DNA from: Lama glama
Taxonomy: Eukaryota
Length of the DNA stretch: 64,000 bases
Direction: 5' to 3'
NCBI GenBank assembly: GCA_028534125.1
Contig: CM052817.1
Span: forward strand, 82,090,001-82,154,000
The stretch's first letter is position 1; the number at the start of each line of letters is the position of its first letter. The notes under the pieces were generated by a model that had not been told where the DNA came from, did not search any database, and saw only the letters and a program-made list of their open reading frames with translations. Of this stretch, positions 63,066-64,000 are shown in pieces. The position numbers were made by a program, and so were the translations under genes.

Positions 63066-64000
63066 AACCTAGAATAAATGAAAAGAAAAACTCCTGTATG
63101 TTATCAGATGCTGACAAAAGTACAGTTACAAAATAATACTTAAACATTAAGGCACATTTGGCATTTATTTTTTTCCAGTAATAACAAAAAGCATTTAAAA
63201 GAGGAAATTTTAAAATCAACTATTTTAAAGTTCATGTATAGACTTGTATGTCACGTAACAGAGAATAAAAGCTTGTAAAAAAGTGGTTATTCATTTTCAT
63301 ATACCTAATATGGTGAATATGCATGAATAGCAAAACTCCCTCAGCTTGGAAAATATCAGCTTTCTTTGTTCTGCTACTTTGAGCCTTAGCTTAGATCTAA
63401 AGTATAGTAGTTTCAGGGAGAAAATGAGGCCAAAATTCTGTTTCTGCCTTTAAGTGAGAAACCAGTTATCATGCAGTAATTTCTAGAGGTGTTATTTTTT
63501 TTCTCAAATATATTGACCCTTCCACTTGTTTTTCAGTTCAAAAACAGTAGCTTAGTGACAAGAGCAAAATCTTACAGTAAGAAAGGAAAAATTCCCCCAT
63601 CTTAATAAATATAGCAGGGTACATACAGTAAGGGATGAGTCTAGCAGGGGCAGAATGCCATGGATACATGGTAAAGGGATTCCCAAAGATACCACAAAGA
63701 ATTCCACAAGTATCTGCTTCCTAAGGAAGATGACTCTGCTACATATTGAAGCATTTAATGCAATTTAATGAAAATAAGCAGATACTATATAGTGAAATGC
63801 ACATATGTGTTACAGATTGGAGCTTTTCATCAGTAACATAATAACTCCCCTTAGATTTTACAGCCCTTTCCCAAACAGGCAGACAGACACACGTGATATG
63901 GATGGAAAAAGATGGTTTTGCTTTTTTGAGATATGTCGTTGGATTAAATTGATCAAAACAGAGGTTGTCCACTTTGTTTCTAGTAGGGAATTTTTTGTCT

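Noticed and set aside
1..64000. CRISPR array, operon or other prokaryotic/viral system
   Set aside because: No regularly spaced repeats or gene-dense coding; the sequence is mammalian repeat-rich DNA.

Overview
AT-rich mammalian genomic DNA, either intergenic or a deep intron. I see no intact protein-coding gene, rRNA, genuine tRNA gene or prokaryotic system. Three tRNA-derived SINEs of the vic-1 type (28535-28685, 29755-29918, 32958-33100) and cetartiodactyl-type L1 3' ends point to a camelid genome. A large part of the window is a layered record of mobile elements: L1 of several ages, L2, MIR, MaLR/ERVL/ERV1 LTRs and hAT-Charlie MER elements. The only gene-derived sequence I can identify is an old, 5'-truncated, intronless, disabled retrocopy of the nucleoporin NUP58 (NUPL1) on the minus strand at about 41260-41952; the ORF track shows only part of it. 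The other points of interest are insertion-junction anatomy (target-site duplications (TSDs), templated filler DNA, a double L1 tail, nested insertions), a decayed LTR-internal-LTR MaLR provirus, and a few non-repeat stretches with regulatory or splice-site motifs. There is an assembly gap of about 499 N at 59192-59690. Repeat names come from recalled consensus sequences, not from a search, so subfamily labels and edges are approximate. I found no convincing previously undescribed biological system.
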